A DNA stretch of 64,000 nucleotides. It comes from Chiloscyllium plagiosum. Lineage: Eukaryota. Location: NCBI RefSeq assembly GCF_004010195.1, contig NC_057739.1, positions 35,172,664 to 35,236,663 of the forward strand, read 5' to 3'. A program made the position numbers and the translations under genes. Each line of letters begins with the position of its first letter. Within the stretch, counting starts at the first letter, position 1. Shown here piece by piece: positions 1-11,548 of this stretch. Below the pieces are notes generated by a model. It was not told the DNA's origin and searched no databases. It was given only the letters and a program-made list of their open reading frames with translations.

Positions 1-793
1 CTGTACTGGATAAAAATATTATCAGTTATGCTGAACAAAGTTGTTGCTCTTTTAAATTAGCTTTCAACTTTTATATGCAACATTCCATCTTGGGTTATTT
101 TTCAAATCTCTTTCATGTCAAGCTTCATTAGTGGGAAGGAGTATTTTTGAACTTTCACAGGCAGGACCACTGACACGTGTAGGTAGTACTGTGATTGGCA
201 TTAGTAATGTTAATCATATGCCTTTGTATTGTTGAATGTAAAGACTTAGTGTTCTGGTGCCAAGATATTGCATGCAGTTCCAGTACAACAACAGTAGGCG
301 GCAGTGTAGAAAATGTGAATTTCAAATAGGATTGTAATCTGACTCTACAGTAACTTCTAATGCTGTTCCCTTTCAGCTTTTATGATTCACTTTAATGCCT
401 TAAATAACTTACAAATCAATCTTTACTGTGATCTTCAAAATAAAAGCATAAAGCAGCGTATTTAGTATGTAGCACCTAATGTTTAATTGGTGAGAGGCCA
501 GTGCTCTCTGTAAGCAAATTCAAGTCCGTGCCCTTTGAAACTGTAGAATGTAATCCGTCATGGTTTGGTTTTTCTGTATGTACGGTGCCACAGGAGAGAA
601 ACTTGGCTTCAAAAACTGGAACAGTTTCATCCTGTCAATTAGCACGCAATGTGTACACTTTTCTATCATATCACAATCACCCAAAAATGTAATTCAGACT
701 TTAAAAATATCATATTTGGAGGGAGAGGGTTTGAAGAATTGCAGACCAGAATGGAAGTTTTGTACTTCGCCGTAAAATCACAGTTATAACCTC

Positions 794-1105
794 GGGCGCA
801 CGGTGGCACAGTGGTTGGCACGAGTTAGCGCCAGAGGCCTGGGCTCAGTTCCTGCCTCACGCAACTGTCTGTGTGGAGTTTGCACATTCTCCCCATGTCT
901 GCGTGGGTTTCCTCTGGGTGCTCTGGTTTCTTACCACAGTCCAAAGATGTGCAGGTTAGGTGAATTGGCTGTGCTAAATTGCCCGTAGTGTTAGGTGAAG
1001 GGGTGAATGTAGGGGAATGGGTCTGGATGGGTTGCTCTTCAGAGGGTTGGTGTGGACTTGTTGGGCCGAAGGGCCTGTTTCCACACTGCAAGTAATCTAA
1101 TCTAA
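794..1105 (+). mobile_element. HE1-type V-SINE (elasmobranch tRNA-derived SINE)
   Basis: tRNA-like head GGTGGCACAGTGGTTG, V-domain GTGTGGAGTTTGCACATTCTCCCC...CCACAGTCCAAAGATGTGCAGGTTAGG, CR1-type tail GGGCCGAAGGGCCTGTTTCC ending in (TAATC)n. Confidence 0.9.
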
Positions 1106-1839
1106 AGGTAAGGTATCAGACTGTCATACTGTCTTCAGTGTAAAACACACAGGATCATGTGATCTGAGGTCTGTCTGACAGCAATCCTGCATGCTTCAGT
1201 TTTTAAGATTAAAAGGAGCCTGACTTGTTTGGAATTAGAGTTATAGACTAGTGAATTTCTCATCAGTGATAGGGAAACAATGCAGAAAATTCTGAGCAAG
1301 AAAATTTACTTGGAAGAAAGTGAAGGAGTTCATATTTTTGGCTGTTGGCAGCAGATGTCTGCTAACAGTGGATAAACTGATTCTCCAAGTCTTTGCAAAG
1401 TGCTCATAATATCTGCTGTTAATAACTTTGCTTTAAACGGTGTCCTTTTACTTTAGAGGTTTAACGAACAGTTAATCACATTTCTATTTGGATATTAGAT
1501 CCATGTGATTCACACTGCCCTGGAGCTATGCTATGAGAAGGGAAAGACTTCTAAGATAAATTTGAAACTCTCATAGGTTAGTCTGCCAGCCTCAGCAGCA
1601 GCAACTAGAGGCTGAATTTTCTAAGATTCACTGCACAGAATTATAGTAGGGGCTTATGCTTGAATTCAAAAGACCAAACTTGTCAGCAAGTAAACAAGAT
1701 TGGAAGGATCTCTTCAAGTCAAAGATGGGTCTGAGATTGACAGTTCCCAGGCTGAAAAAGAAAAAGGACAGATGTAAATCCTCAGGAGCTAAAAATCACT
1801 TTGGACTGGTTCCAGAGAATTGAATATCTATGTGGTGTG

Positions 1840-2999
1840 GGCAGAGTGGTAGCATGATCTATATGGACTTCAGTAAGGCATTCAACAAGGTTCCTCATGA
1901 TGGACTGGTTAACAAGGTTAGATCATACGGAATAGAATGAGAACTAGCTATTTGGATACAGAACTGGCTCGAAGGTAGAAGACAGAGAGGGTGATGGTGG
2001 AGGGTTGCTTTTCAGACTGGAGGCTGTGACCAGCGGTGTGCCACAAGGATTGGTGCTGGATCCACTGCTTTTCATCACTTTATATATGATTTGGATGTGA
2101 ATATAAGAGGTATGGTTAGTGAGTTTGCAGATGGCATTAAAATTGGTGGTGTAGTAGACCAGGAAGACTGTTACCTCAAAGTACAATGGGATCTTGATCA
2201 GTGGGCCAATGGGCAGAGGAATGGCAGATGGAATTTAATTTTGATAATTGTGAGGTGCTGCACTTTGGAAAGGCAGCTCAGGGCAGGACCTATACACTTA
2301 ATGGTAAGGTCTGAGCGAGTGTTGCTGAACAAAGGCCTTGGAGTGCAGGTTCATAGCTCCTTGAAAGTGGAGTCGCAGGTGGATAGAATAGTAAAGAAGG
2401 TGTTTGGTATGCTTTCCCTTATTGGTCAGTGTATTGAGTATAGGAGTTGGGAGGTCATGTTGCGGCTATACAGGACATTGGTTAGGCCACTGTTGAAATA
2501 CTGTGTGCAGTTCTAGCCTCTCTCCTATCAGAAAGATGTTGTGAAACTTGAAAGGGTTCAGAAAAGATTCACAAGGATGTTGCTGGGGTAGGAGGGTTTG
2601 AGCTATCAGGAGAGGCTGAATAGACTGGGGTTGTTTTCCCTGGAGCTGAGAGGTGACCTTAGAAGTTTATAAAATCATGAGGGGCATGGATAGGGTAAAT
2701 AAGCAAGGTCTTTTCCCCAGGGTGGGGCGTCCAAAACTGGAGGATATTGGTTTAAGGTGAGAAGGGAGAGATTTAAAAGGGTTCTAAGGGACAACGTTTT
2801 CATAGGTTGGTGCATGTATGGAATGAGCTGCCAGAAGTGGTGGTAGCTGGTACAATTGTTACATTTAAAAGGCATCTGGAAGGGTTTAGAAGGATATGGG
2901 CCAAATGCAGGCAAATGGGACTATCGGTTTAGGATATCTGATCAGCATGGGTGAGTTGGACCCAAAGGTCTGTTTCCATGCTGTATATCTCTGACTCTA
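1840..2999 (+). mobile_element. HER1/CR1 LINE, 5'-truncated and frameshifted ORF2 (RT) plus 3' UTR
   Basis: Translates to IYMDFSKAFNKVPH, GVPQGLVL, FADGIKIGG, LYRTLVRPLLKYCVQF; ends CTGTATATCTCTGACTCTA. Confidence 0.92.
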
Positions 3000-5387
3000 C
3001 TAACATCACTAAATACAAAAGCACTGAGAAAGTAAAAGGGAGAAGAGAGGGAGAGTCACACAAAATTCATTACAATGGTAAAGAAATAGGAAGGCAATTG
3101 TGAGACGAACATTCTTGTCAAAAGTTGCACCAAAAAGAGGGAAAGCATTGTTGTCTATGACACTGAGTCTACTTCAAATGACAGTGTTATGAATGCCGGT
3201 AAAGTGTTTCTTGCTAAAATGTGAAAAGTAAAAAGGAGGGAGCTCTTATCTGGCTTAAAGTACACATTATTGACTAAATACTATCTTGGTAAACAATGCT
3301 TATAGTATCTGTGTTTTTAAAACAAAAATGTTGAACTATGTTGTGCTACATTTCATCTAGTAACTGGAATTTAGTTTTAAGATCAGTTTTAAAACAATAA
3401 ATGTTCTCATTTGGAGCAAAAGGAAAAGGGAAACTCTGCACCTATGTTGGCTTAACTTTTTTTTAAACTTTCAGGTCTCTGGCTCAGGTATACTAGCTAT
3501 AATGCTAACTGTGGCACTGGGGTACCAATGTAGTGGTTTCAAATTTCCCACTTTAGATGGGTTAGGATCTAAATAACAGCTTTGTTTTAAATATCACATG
3601 AATGTTACTGGAGTACTTGTTTAAAGAAAAACCAGTGCATGCAGGTATTAGTGACCTACTGAAGCTAATGTATTGGACAGCCTCTACATTACTGAGACTT
3701 TTAGGAACTGACTGGATAGACAGACAGTTACTGAAGAGAAGGGAGTGGGTAAAATGTAATTGATGGGCTGAAATGAAAGGCCATTGTTACTCTTGACTAC
3801 CAGTTTGAGATTTTGTGCTTTTATAGCGACATGAGACCTACAGAGGATATACATGTTCTTCAGTGATTCTGTAAAGTCAAATAGAAAACTAAGAGCAAGC
3901 AGGTCCAGAGCAAAATGTTACTTTCATTTGGGTGTTTAAATTTGATGGTATAATGAATCAACTTTGAAAACAGTGCCAATTTTAAAAAAAGCCCTTTAAT
4001 ACATATGAAACCTTTCTGTTTATAATGCACAGCTTATTGCAAGAAGATAGGCATTTTCAGCTGTTTCTGTGTTATCTGTTTTAAAAGCCTTAATGGCTGC
4101 AAACATTATGCATTGGCCAGTGTCGCAGGTCACCTGTGTTCTTCTCTACTTGTGACCAATACAATGGGAGCAGCCATTTACATACCCTTTAGCTGTTTTT
4201 AGGCACCACCTCATGAAGGAGCTCTCTGCTTCAGAAAATAGGGATTGAAGGTAATTACCTAGACTAGTGAAGGTGAGAGATGGTCTTGTGCATGGATCTG
4301 TGCCGGGACCACTGCTGCTCTGTAAAGTGGGTGGAAACCTGTAACAGGTTGTTGCCTTGGTGGCTGGACAATAACTTCAACCAATTATGACACCTCACTT
4401 TATGCAAAATTGTGTTTGTGTACTGAACTGTTTAATTAGCTGCAGAGCTAAGCTGTATTAGTCCGTGCAAAGGACTTGTGACAGTTCTCTAAACAGGTTT
4501 CAATCAACAATGGCATTTAGTGGCAATTGATCACTGCAACAAATACTTGCTTTATTATGTACCCATATACATTTTTTGAGCTTTAAATGAAATACCCATT
4601 TTAGGCCTTTTAGCTTCTCATTTAAGATATTTGATACTGTCACAGTTTATTCACTGACTCTGATTCAGCTGAGTTAGCAACCAACCATTTGCTGAAAGCT
4701 GATAGTTGTTAATATTCACTTTCTAATTTTATTAAATTGATCTTCACAATAACCTTGTTTCCAGGTCAGATGCTTGCTTCTTTTGATATGTATTCATTTG
4801 TGTTGATGTCTGAAAGCACTTTGCACAGCAATGTCTTTAATTTTTAATTTCTAGCCCAGCACGCTTGCTTGATATATATTTGATGAGTTGGGATAAGGGC
4901 ATTTCCCCCTCTCTGATTGTTCACATGTTAGTGAACACATGAGTAAATGCATGAGCTTTGCTCAGAAATTATTCATGCGTGGTCTAAAGCTTCCTGTTCT
5001 TGAGCAGTGAAATCGAGTTTATTGACTCAGCCAAGAAGGGGACATTTCAAGGGCGCAAGTATAATTTGGCTGTACTTACTCCCATTGAAACAAAGTACAG
5101 CTCTTCAAAAGAAATTTTACAGTCTTTCTACATGAGCCATTTATCTGAGAAAGACCCTCTGTTTGTGTGCCTGGTGTATGTGATAGTTATGTGATATGGG
5201 GAGGGAACCTTGTATCTTTTGAAATAAACTAAAAGTTTGTATTTCCCATGAAATCTTCTTTATTCATGGTATTACTTTGTTTGTAATCCACTTGTATAAG
5301 AATATGGTATTTGTTTATTGCAGTAGGCTGGGGTTGCTCGATTATTCTTTCAACAGAGATCTACCTTGTCTCATTTTCAGCTGACTG

Positions 5388-5530
5388 TAATGTAGCCAGA
5401 TTTGCAGATAACACAAAACTATGGAGTAAAGCAACTTGAGCGTATAAAGACGCGGAAGAGATGTAGATAGGTTGAGTGAATGGGCAATAAATTGGCAGAT
5501 GGAGTATAATGCGGGAAACTGGGGCTGTCT
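5388..5530 (+). mobile_element. Old CR1 RT fragment
   Basis: RFADNTK and SEWAINWQMEYNAG motifs of the CR1 RT. Confidence 0.65.
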
Positions 5531-6261
5531 GTTTTTGCAGTTGTTATGAGCAGGAGAAAACACGTGATCGGACATGGTGTCTGGAAGCTAATACTCCATG
5601 CACACTTGCACTGTGTCCATAAGGGACTTCATCCAGAATTTTCATTTTGGTTGGCTTTTTGATTAAGGCTGAAATGGGGCAAACATTATGTTACCAGAAA
5701 GACGGATTATGTTTTGTTTTTGAAGGGCTCAATAGTTTTCAAATTCATATTTTGTATTTATATTTTTGAAGACGTAAAAGTGCTCAAAGAATCATGAATA
5801 AATTGCATGGAAATCTTTAAAAATCTATTGATTTTTAGGGGCTGACAGAATAGCAGAGCAGTACTGTTTAAATTATATGTGTAGTTGTATATGCTATGTC
5901 CTACCCATTGTGGAATCAGTTGAATAAAAGATAATTTTGTAAGACAGTTCCTATCATCCCATTGAGGTGTTTGATCCTTGCGCTGCTCAGAAAGTAGAGA
6001 TTGTGTTAGTTAGCCTTTTATGCGTGAGGAGAAAAAGCAAACCCAGCTATTTTCCATTTTACTTGGTCCTGTCAATTTTCCAAGCATCTTGTAGTTAGTG
6101 CAGCCACTTTGAAATTGAGATTGCAAGAGGTAAGAAAATACCGCACAAAAATATTCATTCATAGTTCTGAATCATCAAAGAGCTATGTTAGTGTGTGGAA
6201 ATTGATCTCTTTTTCCATAGCTAATGAGTTAAAACCAGAATGGTATGGCTGCTAGAAATAT

Positions 6262-6345
6262 GAAATAAATACCGAAAAATGCAAGAAATAGTAGGCCTGG
6301 CAGTATCTATAACAAGAGAGAATTAGAGTTAATGGTCTGAAATTG
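6262..6345 (-). mobile_element. Decayed PLE-terminus-derived arm (family B)
   Basis: Similar to 16440-16510 and 28810-28900 (GCAGTATCT...GAGAGAA..AGAGTTAATG). Confidence 0.45.
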
Positions 6346-6365
6346 TTGAGCTCACTGTTGCTTCT

Positions 6366-6695
6366 GGGGCGACATTGTGGCTCAATGGTCAGCACTGCTG
6401 CCCTACAGCACGAGGGACCTGGGTTCATTTCCAGCCTTGGGCAACTGTCTGTGTGGAGTCTGCACATTCTCTGGTATTTTTCCCAATGTCAAAAGATGTG
6501 CAAGTGAGGTGGATTGGTCACTCTAAATTGGCCAGTAATGTCCAGGGTTGTGCAGGCTAGGTGGAATAGCCATGGTAAATGCAAGGTTACGGGGAAGGAT
6601 CAGGGCCAACGTCTGGGTGGAATGCTCTTTGGAGAGTTGGTGCAGATGTGATGGCCAAATGTCATATTTCTGCACTGTAGGGACTCTGATTCTCT
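6366..6695 (+). mobile_element. HE1-type V-SINE
   Basis: A box GTGGCTCAATGGTCAG, B box GGTTCATTTCC, V-domain TGTGTGGAGTCTGCACATTCTC, CR1-like tail. Confidence 0.88.
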
Positions 6696-6951
6696 GATCT
6701 GGAATATTATGAATGTAGTGTGAGGAGCTGTTTGCCAAGTTTGTACTGAACATCATTGGAGCAATGCAGCAGGCACATATTGACGTGAGAGCAAGGTGGA
6801 GAGTTAAAATGATTAGTCACTTGATGCTCTGGGTCACACTTGTTATGTGGCCTAATGGGTTTCTGCTGGAATTGATGCTGCACATTGGTGTCCTCCCACT
6901 TTTGGATTTTTTTCACATTCTAAACCAGAATCTCCTAAATTGTGATAGTCA

Positions 6952-6974
6952 CCCCCCCCCCCCCCCCCCCCCCC
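6952..6974. repeat. Poly-C homopolymer (23 nt)
   Basis: Direct read. Confidence 0.95.
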
Positions 6975-7015
6975 AGCTGAAACTTCGCAGTCATGAACTT
7001 TAAGCAGCATTTCCG

Positions 7016-7338
7016 TTTTATTCATTCACGGGATATGGACAGCATTTATTGCTCATCCTCAACTGCCTAGAGGGCAGTTTAACAATCAACCATTTTGCTG
7101 TGGGTATAGAGTCACATGTAGGCAAGACCAGGTAAGTTAGTCAAATTTTCTTACCTATTAGTGAACCAGGTGGGTTTTTCCTGACAATCATCAGTGGTTT
7201 AATGGTCATCATTAAACTCTTATTTCCACATTATTGTTGAATTCAAATTCCACCCTCCACCATAGCAGGATTCAAACCCAGGTCCCCAGAGTGTTACCTA
7301 GGTCTGAGTTAATAATAGCAATAACACCACAAGGCCAG
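7016..7338 (-). mobile_element. tRNA-headed SINE with CR1/L2-group LINE tail (possibly MetaSINE/SlmI-like)
   Basis: Minus strand has B box GGGTTTGAATCC, body AAAAACCCACCTGGTTCACTAAT, and tail GGATGAGCAATAAATGCTG...CCCGTGAATGAATAA shared with the LINE end at 16845. Confidence 0.75.
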
Positions 7339-7508
7339 GGACTACCCGTTGGCTGTGATGGAGCTCTGACCAAATGCTTACAGCTGCACGGTGCCTTTAT
7401 CCTTCTGCTTTTTTAAACAGTGACCGTAAGTGGCCGATCCGTCTTTTGAGACCTCCAAATGGGTCATGATGGGAGGAAGGTTTGGAAGTTTTCAAGATAT
7501 TTGTTGAC

Positions 7509-7732
7509 CAACCTGATCAGAGGTGTTTATTATACACCTCTGGAGCAGGCGAGACATCAACCCTGGTGGTCTCCTGGCCCAGAGGTAAGAACACAATACT
7601 GTCACAATAGCCCCAAAGATATTTTACAATCAACCTGTTCAGAGATATTATGGCACAAATCTGGAACAGGTGGGACTTGAATCCATATCTTCTGGTGCAG
7701 AGGTAAGAAGACTCCCACCGAGCAGCAAGGCC
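7509..7732 (-). repeat. Tandem dimer (~122 bp unit) of a short tRNA-derived repeat
   Basis: Two units start CAACCTG.TCAGAG at 7509 and 7631; B-box-like GGATTCAAGTCC on minus strand; related copy at 21884-21955. Confidence 0.6.
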
Positions 7733-8086
7733 TTACAACCATACGGCCTTAACATAGAATTCACTAGCTTCCAAGTCTCCCCACCCCCCACATCATCCCA
7801 GGTCCAGCCCTCACTCTCCACCCTGCCCCTTGATTTGATCTAACCTGTGTATTTTCATTCCCTCATATCCGCTCCATGCTTCCTAGTGACCAATCGTAAT
7901 TGCCATCTACCTGCATCCACTTGTCACCATCCCACCTGCCTTTCCCCAAGCCCACCTCCCCCATTTATTTCTCAGCCCTCAGCCCCATTCCCCCTTCCCC
8001 TTCCCCTCCCCAGTCCTGATGAAAGGTCCCAACCTGAAACATTGCCTCCTCTGCTGCTTGACCTGCTGTCCTTTTTCCAGCTCCAT
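7730..8086 (+). mobile_element. Penelope-like element 3' end (GIY-YIG C-terminus, pyrimidine-rich UTR, hammerhead terminus; family A)
   Basis: LQPYGLNIEFTSF matches the PLE C-terminus also seen at 17721-17954; followed by CTGATGA-AAGGTCCCAACCT-GAAAC. Confidence 0.75.
8012..8045 (+). ncRNA. Hammerhead ribozyme-like core (decayed)
   Basis: CTGATGA at 8016-8022, AGG/CCT stem II, GAAAC at 8036-8040. Confidence 0.55.
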
Positions 8087-9331
8087 GCTGCCTGTGGAAG
8101 TTCTCCACATCCTCTGGGAAAAGAGGTTTCATCTGAGTGCTCTGATGGATTTTAGTGAATATCTTTTACTTATGGGTTGCTATTTCCTCTGCAGCCTTTA
8201 GGATCTTCACCACCTATTCTGTCATCAAGTCAACAACCAGAGAGAACCCCTACCCCTTTCCTTTTTCAGTATTTTCTGATAGTTACAACAAAACCAGAAC
8301 CGAGGAGTTGTATTACGTTTCTTGAACACCTTTTTACAGTACTATCTAACCCTTTCATAATATCCATGTTTTTGTGTATCCAATCCTAGGTTTTATTTTG
8401 TTACTTTACTGGTTTTGATTATTTAATTTTGGTTGTCTTTGACTTGCAAACCAGTTTCAACTTCGCTAATCTTTATTTTCCCTTTGCCATCCTCTGCTCC
8501 ATAATTTATGTCCTCCGTATATTTATGTTTTATTTGTCTATATTGTAGTATTTTTATTAGGGTATACTTCTTAGATTTTATTCCCTGTTTTATATGTTTC
8601 CCACTATTGTTCTATTTCTTTCAAAAAAGTCTATTCCGTTGAGGGCCAAATATGGAGCCATATTCCTCAAAGACCAGGAGCAGTTGTTGGATAAGGCTGT
8701 AGATAATAGGAACTGATAAGAGGCTTTACAATAGGATGTCATGTAAATTGAATACACTGAGTCAGTCAGGTCTGCAAAGAGTTAAAACTGAAGGAAATCA
8801 GTAACTGCTGATCCTACCAAATAAGGCATGTATTTAACCGAAACATTCAGGATTGGTCATGTGCATGAATAATTCCAAATAAGGTATATACTTGACGCAG
8901 AGTCTTGTGTATAAAGATCCTGAATCCTTTGTTCAGCAACACTTCGAAGATTCACATTCTGAGAAGGTATCCTATGTCAGGAGGCATGGTGAAAACGTCA
9001 AGCAGAGTTTCAGCCTGACCAGCTGCCAACTGTTCTGGATAATAACTTTTGGGTTTAGTTACAGAAATCAGGGTAGTGAAAGACATTGATTGAGACATCT
9101 TTAGCAATTAAAAATGTCTGTTACCAACTTAAGTACTTAATTAATTGCATTTCTCAGAGCACTGTGTCTCCACTGTATCCTCGTCTATGTATGTACTGTT
9201 ATCACTCAGAGATGGGCAACAGAGTTAACACCTGCTGGACAGAGCTCTTCAAGGACTTCCTCAACCAAGATGCAGCCTTCAATGCAAGTGCTCTCAACAC
9301 CATCTTGCAATGTACTATCTGTCACCATCTC

Positions 9332-9524
9332 TAATGTGGAGGTGTCAGTGTTGGACTGGGGTGGACAAAGTTAAAAATCACACAACACCAGGTTACAGTC
9401 CAACAGGTTTATTTGGAAGTACTAGCTTTCGAATGAAGCTACCCGATGAAGGAGCAGCAGTTTGAAAGCTCGTACTTCCAAATAAACCTGTTGGACTATA
9501 ACTTGGTGTTGTGATTTTTAATTT
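9332..9524. mobile_element. Fold-back mini-element derived from a PLE terminus (family C), 12-bp TSD
   Basis: Arms of about 65 bp in inverted orientation; TGTCACCATCTC at 9320-9331 and 9525-9536; right arm matches 34490-34575. Confidence 0.85.
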
Positions 9525-9791
9525 TGTCACCATCTCAGTACACCTGCAACCTACTATGAGATTGATAAAGCCATCAAACAGCTGCAAAACAACAAAGCCC
9601 TTGGTGTGGATGGAATCCCCACAGAAGTACTAAAATACAGCAGAGAGGCACTCTTGACACATTTATAATTTAATTGCCCTCCTCTGGAATGAGGAGAGCA
9701 CGACTGAAGATCTCGGACGCTGTAATTGTGATCATCTTCAAGAAAGGAGACAGGTCTGAGTGTGGAAATTACAGAAGAATTTCCCTATTGT

Positions 9792-11548
9792 CCAGGTAGT
9801 AAGGACAAGCCACGTCACTATAGACCAGTGAGCCTGACGTCGGTGGTGGGCAAATTGTTGGAGAGAATCCCGAGGGACGGGATGTACATGAATTTGGAAA
9901 GGCAAGGACTGATTAGGAATAGTCAACATGGCTTTGTGCGTGGGAAATCATGTCACACAAACTTGATTGATTTTTTTGAAGAAATAGCAAAGAGGATTGA
10001 TGAGGGCAGAGCGGTAGATGTGATCTATATGGACTTCAGTCAGGCGTTTAACAAGGTTGCCCATGGGAAACTGATCAGCAAGGTTAGACCTCACAGAATA
10101 CAGGGAGAACTAGCCACTTGGATGCAGAACTGGCTCAAAGGTAGAAGACAGAGGGTGATGGTGAAGGGTTGTTTTTCAGACTGGAGGCCTGTGACCAATA
10201 GAGTGCCACAAGGATCGGTGCTGGGATTTCTACTTTTTGTCATTTACATAAATGATTTCGATGTGAGCATAAGAGGTACATTTAGTTAGTTTGCAGATGA
10301 CACCAAAATTGGAGGGGTAATGGACAGTGAAGAAGGTTACCTCGGATTGCAACAGGATCTTGATCAGATGGGTCAGTGGGCCGAGAAGTGGCAGATGGAG
10401 TTTAATTCAGACAAAATGGGAGATGCTGCATTTTGGGAAACCAAATCTTAGCAGGACTTATACACTTAATGGTAAGGTCCTAGGGAGTCTTGCTGAACAA
10501 AGAGACTTTGGAGTGCAGGTTCATAGCTCCTTGAAAGTGGAGTCGCAAGTAGATAGGATAGTGAAGAAGGCATTTGGTATGCTTTCCTCTATTGGTCAGA
10601 GTATTGAGTACAGGAGTGGGACATGTTGAAGCTGTACAGGACATTGGTAAGGCCACTGTTGGAATATTGTGTGCAATTCTGGTCTTCCTATCAGAAAGAT
10701 GTTGTGAAACTTGAAAGGGTTCAGAAAAGATTTACAAGGATGTTGCCAGGGTTGGAGGATTTGAGCTACGGGGAGAGGCTGGGGCTGTTTCCCTGGAGTG
10801 TCAGAGGCGGAGGGATGACCTTTATAGAGGTTTACAAAATTGAGGGGCATAGATAGGGAAAAGACTTTGCCTATTTATCCTGGGATGGGGGAGTCCAGAA
10901 ATACAGGACATAGGTTTAGGGTGAGAGGGGAAAGATATAAAAGGGACCTAAGGGGCAACTTTTTCACGCAGGAAGTGGTGGAGGCTGGTACAATTCCAAC
11001 ATTTAAAAGGCATCTGGATGGATATATGAATAGGAAGGGTTTGGAGTCATAGAGATGTACAGCATGTAAACAGTCCCTTCGGTCCAACCCGTCCATGCCG
11101 ACCAGATATCCCAACCCAATCTAATCCCACCTGCCAGCACCCGGCCCATATCCCTCCCAACCCTTCCTATTCATATACCCATCCAGCTGCCTTTTAAATG
11201 TTGCAATTGTACCAGCCTCCATCACATCCTCTGACAGCTCATTCCATACACGTACCACCCTCTGAAAAAGTTGCCCCTTAGGTCTCTTTTATATCTTTCC
11301 CCTCTCACCCTAAACCTATGCCCTCTAGTTGTGGACTCCCCGATCCCAGGGAAAAGACTTTGTCTATTTATCCTATCCATGCCCCTCATAATTTTGTAAA
11401 CCTCTATAAGGTCACCCCTCAGCCTCCGATGCTCCAGGGAAAAAAGGGCTGGGTGTTGGCAGGTGGGACTAGATTGGGTTGGGATATCTTGTCGGCATGG
11501 ACAGGTTGGACCAAAGGGTCTGTTTCCATGCTGTACATCTCTGATTCT
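9792..11548 (+). mobile_element. HER1/CR1 LINE, 5'-truncated, inserted in the RTE element
   Basis: ORF 9762-10289 has YRPVSLTSVVGK, QHGF, IYMDFSQAFNKV, VPQGSVLG; 3' tail CTGTACATCTCTGATTCT. Confidence 0.93.
11044..11446 (-). mobile_element. HER1 3' fragment nested antisense in the 3' UTR of the host HER1
   Basis: GAGTCATAGAGATGTACAGC tail; minus ORF LFSLEHRRLRGDLIEVYKIMRG. Confidence 0.9.

Noticed and set aside
794-870. tRNA-like A/B boxes here and at 6366, 13730 and 59300
   Set aside because: These are SINE heads, not full cloverleaf tRNA genes.
1110-1835. Possible old LTR around the HER1 at 1840
   Set aside because: No termini, TSD or second copy could be identified.
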